Below, piece after piece: positions 40,066 to 51,765 of a stretch of DNA of 64,000 nt. The notes under the pieces were generated by a model. That model searched no databases, had not been told where the DNA came from, and worked only from the letters and a program-made list of their open reading frames with translations. Both the position numbers and the translations under genes were made by a program. Numbering within the stretch: position 1 is the first letter of the stretch; the number at the start of each line of letters is the position of its first letter. Source of the stretch: a virus (Duplodnaviria; Caudoviricetes); the IMG/VR virus record IMGVR_UViG_3300033066_001289, positions 55,911-119,910 of that record; one strand, 5' to 3'.

Positions 40066-42138
40066 TTACCAGGATGGTCTACCAGCTAAATAAATTTCTT
40101 TAATTGTATCTCCGCTTTTTGCAGTATTAGAAAATCTACAATTAGAAATTATAATATGTGCATGTCCAGAACCAGTATTACCTATTAGCCAACTATTAGC
40201 ATTGTTCCATGTTAATGTTCCAGTCGCTGCTGTTGTTGTAAACAAATTACTATTTATATAGCTTTTCATGTTTGATCCATCATAAGTTACTGCTAAATGA
40301 TATCTATTCCATGGTTGAATTTTACCAACATGTGTAATAAATGACCCATCACTTGTTTTTATTAAATTAACTACATCATAAGAGCTTGTAATATCAAGAC
40401 CTATACCAAATGTATAATCTGATCCTGATTGTAACTTACCAAATAACGTTACATTTGTTGCCATAACATTAACATCTGCCAATATTTCTATCCAACATTC
40501 TGCAGTAAAATTAGTTACAGATCCTTGATATGTTAATGCTGTACCCGTTCCTGAAAAGTAACCATCATCAGTAATTAAACATCCATCATTAGTTGGAGTT
40601 GCCATTCCAAATCTAGTATCATTAAATGAACTTAATGTAAATGCTGTTCCGAGATCCAACATTTGTTATTGTTGTAGTACCATATCCATCATCTAATGGG
40701 AAATATACTACATCTGTTGATGCTACAACTTTAGCTGATGGTGCTTTTCCTGCTTTATATTCTGTTCCATCTGATTGTTTAATAAATAATTCACCAGAAG
40801 TAGCATACATGATTAATCCATCTACTGGACTTCCTGTTGTTGGTACTGCTGTTGCATTGCCTATATAAACGACTCCAGATCCACTATCTGCTGGTAATTT
40901 AGTACTATTAAATGTTGCACTATTTACTGCTAATCCTATATTATATGCCCCAGATGTTGTTTCTGCTGCAGATAAAAGTAAGTTAGAATCTCCACCAACT
41001 TTTAAAGTTATAGGACCGAGCTAAACCAGTAGAACTATCTCCAGATCTTAAATTAAGTCCTCCTCCAGTTCCTCCTGAATATGTAGTAGATTGTGCATAA
41101 AAATTAAAATCTCCAGCACTGTGTATAGATGTTGTTTCTACTGAAAATTCTATAGGGTCTCCAGAACCAGGATCCTGAAAAGTTACTTCAAATGAATCAG
41201 AATTAAATCCAGAACCTACTGTTACCGTATATCCATCCGATTGTCTAACTTTTAAAACACCACCTTGAGAATATAAAATAGCTCCATCTACTGGATCTGC
41301 AGAAGTTGGAATAGAACTTGCATCACCTATATAAATAACATTATCACCAGTTCCTGCCGGCATTAATGTAGAATCCATACTAGATTGTGATAAGCATAAA
41401 CCTATAACTCTAGCTCCCAAAGTAGCTTCAGCTATAGAAATAGAAGCATCTGAAGCATAATTACCTAATTTTAAACTTAAAATACCAGATTTATCACTAG
41501 AACTTGATCCTGTTTTTAAAGTTAAACCACCACCTCTAGAACCAGAATTAGTAGTTCCTTGAGAATATATATTTAAATCTGAGCCATTTAAAGTAGTAGA
41601 TGCTGTAACACTTATATTTAAAGTATCTCCTAAAGGATCATCATAAAGAATAGATGTTCCGATGCATAGCAACTACATCTGCAGTGCCGACTTAATGCTT
41701 TTACAGTTTGACTTGAGCTATTTCCTGCTAAATCTCCTGCTGCTGTAAAAGAAGTAGCTACAGTTTGTGGTATCCAAGTAGAACCGATTCCATCCTAAAA
41801 CCTGATTTGTAGTAGGCGCAGTATTACTTACTGATCTTCCTTGTAATCCTACAACATTAGGTAATGCCGCTGTACCTCCCAAGTCTGTAGTAAGTTTTAG
41901 TATACCTTTTACTGAAGAGGTAGCATCTGGAACTGATGTATATCCATCTATATAATTTTTTAAATTAATAATAGAATTTTCAACATTAGTAGTTAAAATT
42001 GAATTTATAGTAATTGGAGTAGCTAGATCTATATCAGTAGCATCATGTCTAAAAGAATAGCCATCAACATGATCTTGAAAATCATATCTGTCTGCACCGT
42101 AATCTTGCAAGGGGCTTATTATTAAAATACTTTGTCAT
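40066..42138 (-). CDS. Fibre-like protein with internal repeat and C-terminal LamG domain (~688 aa; skips at 42099, 41786, 41689, 41661, 41018, 40651)
   Basis: DATSSVKGILKL and QVLGWN-G-STWIP fibre motifs; LamG signature FTAECW...YHLAVTYDGSNMKSYIN; four ORFs fuse. Confidence 0.7.
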
Positions 42139-42161
42139 CTAAATTCTCCAACTATATATAA

Positions 42162-43755
42162 TTATATTAGAATATCATGTGTATGACCTAATGTCTCTAA
42201 AGTTATTAAACTATTAGTTCCAGAATCCCATACTACTTGATGATTATGTCCAGCACTAACAGAAGTTAATTGACTATATCCACTTGCTGCATTTTCATTA
42301 ATTCTAATTGTATGTGTATGATTTCCTAATCCAGGTACATTTGTAGCTGAAATTGTAAAATCTACTGGCATTGTACTTGTATCTTTAAATACATTTATCT
42401 TATAAATAGGATCTGTCTTTCTGATTCTTTGAACTTTTACTTTTTGTCCACCTTGCATACCATTTAAAGTCTTATTTCTAGTAACAGATAATACTTCATA
42501 TCTAAACTCTTCATTTCCATCCATATCATATCTAACTAAAACATCTCTATCTTTAATTGTAGGTACAGTTAAAGTCCAAAGATCTCCTGTTAATTCTGAT
42601 TCTAATCCTGCTTCTGTCATTTTTAAGTCTTCATCAGATGGAGCAAATCTCATTAAAATCTTACCATCTGATCTTCTAGGATTAAAATATTGTTCATAAC
42701 CCAACACAAATTTTGTGCCGAAAGCATTTTGCGCAGCGATCATCTTGATATTCAGAGGTATTTAAATAACAAGCACAGGTAATGCCAGTAGTCATTCTTC
42801 TTAATAATGTAAATCTATCATTATTAATCTCTAATGCTATTTCTTGTCTTTGATTATTCATATCCTGGAAAGACAAGCCTCTAACTACCCTACCTATTCC
42901 ATCATAACCATCTGCACAAAATTGATATCCACCTATATAAGAACCTACACATTGACCGATTAAATAAAGCTAAAGGATCTGTTCTATGCCATCCTACATA
43001 ATCATAAGATGGGAATGGTTCATTAAATGCATCAGATCCAGATAGATCTGTAGTTAAAATATCATTAGTTACTTGATGATATCCATCTGCTTGAGTATAA
43101 GGAAAATTAGGATATTCAAATTTAGTATATATAGGAAACCATCTGTCAAATAATAATGGAATTTCATTAGGTATATAGAAAAATATATTAGTATCTCTAT
43201 AAGCATACCCATCATAACCATCTAAATCATGAAACGTATCTACAGTATTAAGAAATCCTCTTTGAGATAATGAATTGACTATTAAATTATTGCCTGATAT
43301 AGAAGCATATTCAATTAATTCTGCCCCTACTTTAACAATGCCAGAAGAAGGAAAATCTAATACATCGGTTAATGGAACAACTAAATCAGTAGCTGATATA
43401 GCAGAACTTAAAGTAGAATATGGATAATATTTTAAATTTATTTGATTTGGGGCATCAGGAAGAATGGTAGGATCATATGACAGAGGATCATATTCAACAG
43501 GTCTAACTGATACAAAATACATTTGACCGAATATCTAAATCTGATATTTCAGCAGTATTACCAGAAAGTACTGCAAATTTAGGACCTTCTGAATATATAG
43601 TTTCTTGATCTTTACTTATAAATATTTGATAAAATATTTGGTTTCCTAAAGTAGTAGGATAGGCTGTAAACCAAGTTAAACCTATAGTATAACCGATCAC
43701 CTTTATTGGCAACTTGACGAGTGCCACAGTTAATTGGAGGTAAGTAATATGCCAT
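42162..43755 (-). CDS. Probable neck/head-closure protein with FN3-like N-terminus and Zn-finger (~529 aa; skips at 43695, 43529, 42958, 42720)
   Basis: CAC...CAKCF-G-TKFVLGY; IKDRDVLVR...RYEVLSVTR; C-terminal HTH/HNH His pairs; four ORFs fuse. Confidence 0.55.
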
Positions 43756-43941
43756 ACCACTATTCTATTTTATTAGTTTGTAGCTGTATTTTAAAAATTG
43801 TTTGACCCTTACCCTATGGTCGGAGCCTATGGACCAGTCTTGAGTCGTTTAAAAATGATGAAAATATATTAAATATGTATGAATTTTATTATTAATTAAC
43901 TAAAGAAAAATCTGCTATAACTACTATGTTCTCTCTCCCTT

Positions 43942-44409
43942 TCAAGTCAGTTCCTCTTTAATTTCCTGCTTGTCCTCTTCTTCTACATCATGATATTCTA
44001 ATAAATGATTTACATATTTCTTTGATTCTTTACTTCCAAATTCATCTTCTATATAGTCTATTTGATTCTTAAATGCTTCTTGTTCATAAGGATTTTTTAG
44101 ATATTCGCCATCATCTGAGGATTTAGTAGGTTTATCATTAAAACATTGTTGAAAGAAATGAGTATACTCATGAACCAAATACCCAAAATTTTTATCAAAA
44201 CCATCTTCAAGTAATTTATAAGAAAGGTAAATAATACCTTTTTCTGTTCTAGCTGAGACATCTAATTTTTTAAACATCGTGGGTATATAGTCTATGAAAT
44301 CTATGGATACCTTATATTCATCACATAATTCTTTAATTTGGGGAGTTTTTTTAATTTCCGCTTTTGCTTTATTAATTTTTTCCAATAATTCTTTAGGATT
44401 ATGTTTCAT
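43942..44409 (-). CDS. HExxH zinc metallopeptidase-like protein
   Basis: LVHEYTH...YLKNPYEQEAF. Likely start is ATG 44409, because the longer ORF would overlap the opposite-strand gene. Confidence 0.6.
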   Translation of the reverse strand: MKHNPKELLEKINKAKAEIKKTPQIKELCDEYKVSIDFIDYIPTMFKKLDVSARTEKGIIYLSYKLLEDGFDKNFGYLVHEYTHFFQQCFNDKPTKSSDDGEYLKNPYEQEAFKNQIDYIEDEFGSKESKKYVNHLLEYHDVEEEDKQEIKEELT

Positions 44410-44446
44410 ATTATAATGTATAAATAGGCATAAGAAAGAGATAAAT

Positions 44447-44957
44447 ATGGCTTTTCTAGGAATTCCAATACAACATGACTGTGGCAGATTAATTTCAGAT
44501 ATAGATGTTCCTGGTGATAAAGTACCTATCAATGATTATCATGTCAGTTTATTTTATTTTGAATATGATATTGCAATATCAGATCTATCTAAAATTATAG
44601 AACCAACTTTTAATATATCTAGCAAACAAAAGCCTTTTATTGTCACACTGGAATTATTAAGTTGTTTTGATTCTAATAAAGAAAGATATCCAATTATTGG
44701 AAAAATTGATTGTCCTGAATTAAATTCATTAAGAAATAAGATTAAAAAATCCTATAATAAATTTAAAATAGGATATAATAAAGATTTTAAAACTTTTCAA
44801 CCACATATAACTTTATCTTATAATTCTGAAAAGTTTGAAGATGTAAGAATAGATAAGGTACAATTTATAGTCAATGAATTAGTTTTATGGGGTGGTGATA
44901 ATCGGAGATAATAGAATCTCAGTTAACTTTCCATTGAAAAAACCAAAGATTCTTTAA
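44447..44957 (+). CDS. 2H phosphoesterase (LigT / 2'-5' RNA ligase-like) (169 aa; skip at 44903)
   Basis: Two Hx(S/T) motifs, YHVSL and PHITL; AAT-C-GGA near the 3' end. Confidence 0.8.
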
Positions 44958-45869
44958 TACTTAGACTTTAAGTATAATATATGAGGTAAAATTTCAGATA
45001 ATCTTTCTAATTTAGTTTTAGGATTTATATATTTACCTTTAGCAAATAACCAAGTTCTTTTAGATTCTTCATCATATCCATGATGTTTCCAATCTTTTGC
45101 TCTTCCGATGATCTGCAGTTATTATTATAGTATGAGTATTATGATATTTTTCATAAATACTACCTATAAAAGCATCATTAAATTTTAGAGCCTCTATATA
45201 TTTTGAGAAATCTCCTATATGAGCCCATTCATCAGTATCTCCTAAAGAAACCCAAAGAAAATCAGGAGTCATTATTTCAAGATATTTAAATACAATATTT
45301 TGAGTTAAAATATCAGGTCTATAATCTTTACTAAAATATTGTTTAAATTTAAAATCTTCTAATAAGTTAAGGCTTAAAAATTTATTAGAACGATAATTTC
45401 TTCCAGAATTTATATAAATATCAGTATTAAATATTTTATGTATACTAGTCCAAGAAGAAAATACTGCAGAAGTTTCAAAATAATCTGAGATATTACGAGC
45501 TGGTTCAGGATCACAAAAATTAGATTGACAATCATAAGATTGCTTTCCTCTTAAAATTTCTAAATATCCTGGCAGACTAATAAAATTTGGTCCAGAAGCT
45601 ACAAATTGTTCATGATTTCCTAATATCATTCCATCATGAAAATAAGTATAAAGATTAGGAACTAGTTGTTTAGGACTTATTCCATGTACTCCATGAAATA
45701 TTTCTTGCCAACGTACTCCATCTAAAGTTATTAATATTAATTTAAATTTATCTTCTTTAATTTGTTCTATATGAGTTATTTTTGGTTTTTGTATTGTATA
45801 ATTTAATTGATATTCATAATAATTACAAGAAAACAAAAGCATTAGAAGCATTAATAACTTCATTCTCAT
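44954..45869 (-). CDS. Alkaline phosphatase superfamily lipoprotein (304 aa; skip at 45107)
   Basis: Lipobox-like LLFSC; ITLDGVR, SLPGY, DTDEWAH; TADH-G completed only by skipping the C. Confidence 0.8.
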
Positions 45870-45926
45870 ATTAATATATTGAATTAATAATTGAAATTAT
45901 TAATTGTCACTTCGAATTTACAAAAA

Positions 45927-46837
45927 TTAAATAATTCTACGTTCTTTAAGGAATCTTAGTCTTCTTAATGCTGGATTCATACCAGAAGAAGAGATTGAAT
46001 ATCTACCTAATCCAATTGGATTTGGTCTTAATGAATTCTTAATAAACTTTAATTTATCCCAATAATGAGAAAGTAAGGTGCCATATTGAGTATTTAATAA
46101 GTCAGCTACAGAAGGAGGGTTAAAACTTAATCCATTATCCTGTATAGTATACTCTCTACCTTTTTCTATTAAAGCTGCGCTAGAAAGAGCATATAAAGTA
46201 GCTCCTTCAACTAGAATCTCTCCAAATTGAGCACAGAAGCCATCATCATCAAATTGAAAGTAAGTAAAAAATGGAACCTGATTAAAATCGCTCAAAGCCA
46301 TTCCTAAAAATGTAACAAGCATGTCTATTGAAAATATGTCACAATCAACAAATACTGTATTTCCAAAAGCATCTTTACCTTTTACTTTTCCAGAAGAGTT
46401 TAATCTAGCTTTTAACATTTTTAATAGTTTATTAATATTTACAATTGCTCCTTGGGAGTAATTGAATCCGAATTTCATCACCTAAAGCATGATAACCATC
46501 TATAGATAATGGATTAGCTGGTACTTGAGTATTTAAAACAACAAATGCTAATTGAGCCTGAACAGTAACTGAACTAACTGTACCGAGTCCAAATATCATT
46601 CCAAACACCCATACTAGAATTAGTTTGAGTGGTAAAAACATATGAATATGTTCCTGTAGTAACCTGACTAACCCCTACTGTAGTAGGTGCTAGATAAACT
46701 AGTCCATTTGGTTGTACTATAGATACTGTAGGATAAGTATCAGTATTAACAAGAGTTCCAGAAGAATCCTTAAAAGTAACAACTAGATTAACTTGATCTG
46801 TCAAATCAACTATTTCGCCACGTGCTCTAATAACCAT
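45927..46837 (-). CDS. Probable head-tail adaptor/neck protein with Ig-like N-terminus (302 aa; skips at 46585, 46470)
   Basis: Three overlapping ORFs fuse; beta-rich N-terminus, helical C-terminus; upstream of the neck/tail genes. Confidence 0.5.
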
Positions 46838-46881
46838 AACAATATGTCGTAATATTATTAATAATTAGATATAGGTTTTGT

Positions 46882-47244
46882 ATGAGAGAGTTTTTAGTAA
46901 TGAATATATCAAATAGAGATGTTTCTCTTAGTGATCTAAATTTAACAATTAGAGCTAAAAGAACAGTTAATCTATTAGATAATAGACATTATAATTTCAC
47001 ATTAGAGCAATTGCAATTATCATTAAAATCAGGATCTTTATTTAAAAAGAGTAATATATTAAAGGTTATCCCAAATAAAATAAAGAATCCAAAGTTATTA
47101 GAAATTCCTAAAAAAACGACTTTTCCAGATAAACATAGGACTACAGTAGTAGTTAATTATTATGAATATAAGGAAGAGGATTTTGAAGACGATCTAAAAG
47201 TAGCTGAGCATATAGCAGAAGAAAATGCTAAACTAGAGGGATAA
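46882..47244 (+). CDS. Hypothetical protein (120 aa)
   Basis: Intact ORF with AGG ribosome-binding site, divergent from the structural operon. Confidence 0.6.
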   Translation: MREFLVMNISNRDVSLSDLNLTIRAKRTVNLLDNRHYNFTLEQLQLSLKSGSLFKKSNILKVIPNKIKNPKLLEIPKKTTFPDKHRTTVVVNYYEYKEEDFEDDLKVAEHIAEENAKLEG

Positions 47245-47247
47245 TTT

Positions 47248-47388
47248 ATGAGAGATAAACTAAGTTCTGTTCCAGAAGTAGAAAATAAGCCTATTATGGA
47301 GGTTTATAATCAATTAAATGAAAAGTGTGATATTATATTAGAAAAAATTAAAAAAAGAAAAGCTAAAAAAAATGGCAGAAAAAAATAA
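47248..47388 (+). CDS. Small basic hypothetical protein (46 aa)
   Basis: ATG 3 nt after the upstream stop, GAGGG upstream, overlaps the next start. Confidence 0.45.
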   Translation: MRDKLSSVPEVENKPIMEVYNQLNEKCDIILEKIKKRKAKKNGRKK

Positions 47389-47731
47389 CTCTTCAGAAGC
47401 ATTAAATAAGCATGACTTAACTACCATCTTGGAAGTTAATGGTAAGGCTATTGTTATTCAGACAGAAGTTGCTGCCCAATATGAAGAAGTTTTATCAAAA
47501 ATTGAAGATCTATCTGAAGAAGTTATCTCAACTAAACAAAATACTGTAACTTTTGAAAATAAATTAGATAATAAATTAGAAGTAATAAGTGATAATTTAC
47601 AATCTAATCATAAAGAAAATATTAAGAAATTTGAAGAAGTAGACAAAGAATTATTTAAAATTAAAATATTATTTATTGGATCTATACTAGGATTAGTAGC
47701 TCAAATAATTCAAATGTTTATTAAACATTAA
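47372..47731 (+). CDS. Coiled-coil protein with C-terminal membrane anchor
   Basis: Heptad-like Glu/Lys-rich body ending ILFIGSILGLVAQIIQMF. Confidence 0.6.
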   Translation: MAEKNNSSEALNKHDLTTILEVNGKAIVIQTEVAAQYEEVLSKIEDLSEEVISTKQNTVTFENKLDNKLEVISDNLQSNHKENIKKFEEVDKELFKIKILFIGSILGLVAQIIQMFIKH

Positions 47732-47946
47732 AGAACTTTAACATTAATTGCTTTAGGATCATTATTTTTATTTGTTCCTAATTCAAATTCTACTTTAGCG
47801 AATTTATTTAAAGTCTTAAATCCATCAGAAACAATATCTGAGTAATAAACAAACATATCTTTTTGTTTTACTCCATCTTTTTCCCATGAAATAAAGCCAT
47901 AACCTTTAGTATTGCTAAACCACTCAACTATTCCTGTATATATCAT
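47728..47946 (-). CDS. Cold-shock domain protein (72 aa)
   Basis: GIVEWFSNTKGYGFI (RNP1), DMFVYYSDI (RNP2), KAINV; likely start ATG 47946 after AAGGGA. Confidence 0.9.
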   Translation of the reverse strand: MIYTGIVEWFSNTKGYGFISWEKDGVKQKDMFVYYSDIVSDGFKTLNKFAKVEFELGTNKNNDPKAINVKVL

Positions 47947-47986
47947 AAATCCCTTAAAAAATAAACTATCTATTATTAATATCAAA

Positions 47987-48302
47987 TTATAGCTTGTATG
48001 ACTTTGGTAAAACTGTAATATAAGGCTCATCAAGATCTTCTATATTCTTGACTCCGTTAAGTTCATATACCAATGTTCTTCTGTTTGGTAATTTGGTTGA
48101 TGGATATACTCCTATAATTCTTAATTTACCATCATGAGTAAGATTGTGGTGGACACTACAAAGAATCGCTAAATTTTGCGGGCTATTTGTAGAAGTTACT
48201 TTAACTCTATCTATAATATGGTGATAATGAAGTGCACATTCATCAGTAACATTACAACCGATCTATCTCACACTTATTTTTAATTAGTTGTTTTATTTTC
48301 AT
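47987..48302 (-). CDS. Small HNH endonuclease (104 aa; skip at 48260), missing from the ORF track
   Basis: KCEID-G-C...LHYHHI...NLAILCSVHHNLTH. Confidence 0.75.
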
Positions 48303-49089
48303 TTAACTGCCTATCACATTCTTCTAAAACTTTAATTACCATCATTGATAAACTTAATCCAACTCTATAATCATCCTTATTTCCCTTAGCCCCACTTGTT
48401 TTATTATATTCTACTACTGATAAAAACTGTTTAATAGAATTGTGTAATGGAGTTTTATGAGTTTCTGGTCTTAATAAATCATCATACTTAATTTCTAATC
48501 CATTATATTTTACTAATATATCTCTAGCTTTCTTATCAATTATACCTACTGTACTTAATGTAGTTGCTTTATCAAATTCCATAACTATTGAATATAATTC
48601 ATTATTTTTAACAATATCTATATGTTTAGGATATCCTAATAAAGCTAATATCATATAGATATCATGCCAACCATAATCCCATAGAGTTGAGTAATTTCTA
48701 GGTTTAGTATTATTATAACCGATTAGTTTCTATATAAGTAATATTAGATTGGTTACATATTTTCCTTATATTATCAAAACCTTCACTAAATAAATGAATA
48801 TTATTTACCATAGTATAAACATCAACATTATAAATTTGTTTAGCTTCTTTATAACTTAAGGCTAATGGCTTTTCAATTAATATGGGTATGAATCTTTGGG
48901 AAAGAATATATTGAGCCATACTGATATGAGAATCAGGAGGAGTAGCTATAATTACACCGATCTATAGATTTAAGATTATCTTTCCAAGTAGTTCTAGTAC
49001 CAATAGTTAAATTTATATTAGGAAAATTTTTCATTTCCTTTATATAGTTTTGTCCCCAAGCACCGATTACCTATTAAAAGTATATTCAT
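48280..49089 (-). CDS. Gfo/Idh/MocA-family oxidoreductase (268 aa; skips at 49065, 48959, 48721)
   Basis: MNILLIGN-G-AWG Rossmann motif, D-G-VIIATPPDSH, ILIEKPLA, LWDYGWHD. Confidence 0.85.
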
Positions 49090-50027
49090 GTTAACTGTTT
49101 AATATACCACTCAATTGTTCTATCCATACCTTCATCAAATTTTATATTATCTTTCCAGCCCAAATCTTTTAATTTATTATTTGAAACTTTATATCCATTA
49201 TCATGCGCTAAACGGTCTGATATAAAATTAATTTTAGGAGTTTTGTGCATTTTTTCAGCAATATAATTAACCATTTCTAAATTTGTAAAATAATTTTCAG
49301 AACTTATATTATAAACATTATTTATTTTACCAGATTTAACTATTTTCATAATGGCATTAATTTTATCATCTACATAAACATACTGTCTAAAATTATGACC
49401 ATCTCCATGTATGTTAATAGGTTGATTCATAATTAAACCATGTAGTATATGTGGTATTAAGTTTTCTTTTTTCTGTTGTGGACCATATACGTTACATGAT
49501 CTAGTCATATTATATTGTAATCCATGAGTAAGATGCGCTGTATTAATAATAAGCTCAGAACAGGCTTTGCTGGCTGCATAAGGGTTTCTTGGCATTATTG
49601 GACTATCTTCTGTCCAAGGCTCATCAAACTTATTTAACTTTTGTCCTAAGACCTCATCTGTAGATATATGAATAAAGTTTTCTATATTATATTTTAAAGC
49701 AGCATCAACTAAAGTTTGAACACCTATTACATTGGAATGTAAGAATGGAAGAAAGTTATCAATAGAGTGATCTACATGAGATTCGGCACACCCATTAATT
49801 ATTATATTTGGTTTTTCTAATTCAAATATATTATTAATAAAATGAGCATCAGCAATATCTCCTAAATAAAATTTATATTTAGGATGATTAAAAGTATTTT
49901 TAAGATTATGGGGACGAACAGCTTTATCAATTCCTATAAATTCATATTCTGGATATTCATTAACAACTTTTTTAATAAAATTAGAAAATATAAATCCTAA
50001 TACTCCTGTAACTAATATCTTTTTCAT
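49086..50027 (-). CDS. rmlB: dTDP-glucose 4,6-dehydratase
   Basis: ILVTGVLGFI, AESHVD, HISTDEV, PYAASKA, NVYGP. Confidence 0.85.
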   Translation of the reverse strand: MKKILVTGVLGFIFSNFIKKVVNEYPEYEFIGIDKAVRPHNLKNTFNHPKYKFYLGDIADAHFINNIFELEKPNIIINGCAESHVDHSIDNFLPFLHSNVIGVQTLVDAALKYNIENFIHISTDEVLGQKLNKFDEPWTEDSPIMPRNPYAASKACSELIINTAHLTHGLQYNMTRSCNVYGPQQKKENLIPHILHGLIMNQPINIHGDGHNFRQYVYVDDKINAIMKIVKSGKINNVYNISSENYFTNLEMVNYIAEKMHKTPKINFISDRLAHDNGYKVSNNKLKDLGWKDNIKFDEGMDRTIEWYIKQLT

Positions 50028-51285
50028 ATTACCTTGAATTCTGGCAAAGGAACAATAAATTTGCCTTTAAAATTACTATTGTTCTTAATTAAATCATCTG
50101 CAAAGTTCCAAGCTAATACTATTAATACATCTGGATTATGCTTTTCAATATTTTGAGTTGGATGTATAGTAATATTAGTTCCTGGAGCACATAAACCTTG
50201 CTTTAATGGATTATCATCATATATAAAATGAATTTTATTATTTAGTCCGAAAATAATAAAGCATCGTAGTAGCTTTAGCTGGTAAGCCCAATACCCCTAT
50301 CTTTTTATTTTCTTTTACATAAGAATCAATTAAAGTAACCATTTTGATTTTTAATTCATTGACACCATCTTTAAATGATTGAAGCTTCTCTTGTATTGTT
50401 TTTTCAAGCTCTAATAAATCTAGTACTAATTTAGAAATTGGTAAATTGTGTGACTTCTTACAAATATAAGCTCTAAAAGATCCACCATGATTAGGTAGTC
50501 TTTCCACATCATATAGTCTCATATTTAATGAATCAAAGAATTTTGATAATGAGGTAATAGAGTGATGATGAATATGTTCATGATACACAAGATCAAACAG
50601 CGTTTTATCTAAAATATCTAATAAATAGGAATTTTCAATAATAAAAGTGCCATCATCTGATAATATTTCTTTTACTCCATTAACTATAGTTTTTAAATCT
50701 CTATTATGAGCAAACATATTATTACAGATTACTACTTTAGTTTTATTACCATTTAAAGCTTTAGTTACTTCATTCTTAGCAGTAGTTTCATTAAAAAATA
50801 CTGGTATATTTGTAATTCCGTTCTGAGCAGCTATAGAAACTAAATTTTCTGCAGGATCAATACCTATTTTATTAAATGATTCTGGAAAGTGTTTTAAGAA
50901 AGTTCCATCATTAGAAGCTATTTCTACTATATTATCTGTTGGTAGTCTATCATATATGTTCAAAGGGCTATAATTATAGAATCTCTTTAATACACTATTA
51001 GCATAATTTTCAAAATGCTTTACATTATTAGCATTAGTTCCTGATACATAAAGATAATGTTTATACATTCTATCTTCATTAACTAATGTTTTAAGTTGAC
51101 AATGACCACAATCTAAACAATGCATCAATGTAAGATCAAACTTCTGATACTTCTCTGATTCAGAACTATTAGCTTCTATTTGAGTTAATAGTTCATTGGC
51201 TAAAGTAGTATCTCCGAAAGCTAATAACCTCTTCTAATGAACCGCCACATAATAAGCAGGTTGTTTGAACTTGACAATCTTTCAT
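50024..51285 (-). CDS. NDP-sugar C-methyltransferase (419 aa; skips at 51216, 50249)
   Basis: Zn-binding CLLCG...CLDCGHCQL, EIASNDG, YHEH, HGGS, DDNPLKQG, LAWNFAD. Confidence 0.88.
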
Positions 51286-51286
51286 T

Positions 51287-51705
51287 TTAAAACTCTTCTC
51301 TTACAATATCTTTTTCATGAGATTCATGATCTTTAGAATCTTTACCTATAGAAATTAAAATAGTATCTTCTAGAAATTCTACTTTATGAATCTTATTAGG
51401 TGGAGTAAAGAACATTTGTCCTGGTAAATATTCATTTATGGTTATATTTGAGCCATCTAAATCTCTTTCATAGTATTTAACTTTACCTGAAATTAAATAT
51501 AATCCGATGCCAAGAGCTTTTATGCCAATGGTTACTACGAGTTTCTCCAGCTTTAGTATGAATTACAGCTACAGCACCGAACAGGGCAATTAGTTAAGTT
51601 TTGAATTACTCCAGCATTATTAATAAATGGTTCATCTAAAGGAACTAAAGGATCATTTGGATAATTACCTTGTAAAACTAAATTCATATATTCTTTATTA
51701 TTCAT
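51287..51705 (-). CDS. Cupin-fold protein, probable sugar isomerase/epimerase (138 aa; skips at 51579, 51506), missing from the ORF track
   Basis: RSNHWHK...YLISGKV...PGQMFFTPPNKIH cupin motifs. Confidence 0.75.
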
Positions 51706-51765
51706 CAACTTTCCTTTAATAATGGAATTATTTCATTATGTATATATCGCTCCAGTTTATAGTAT

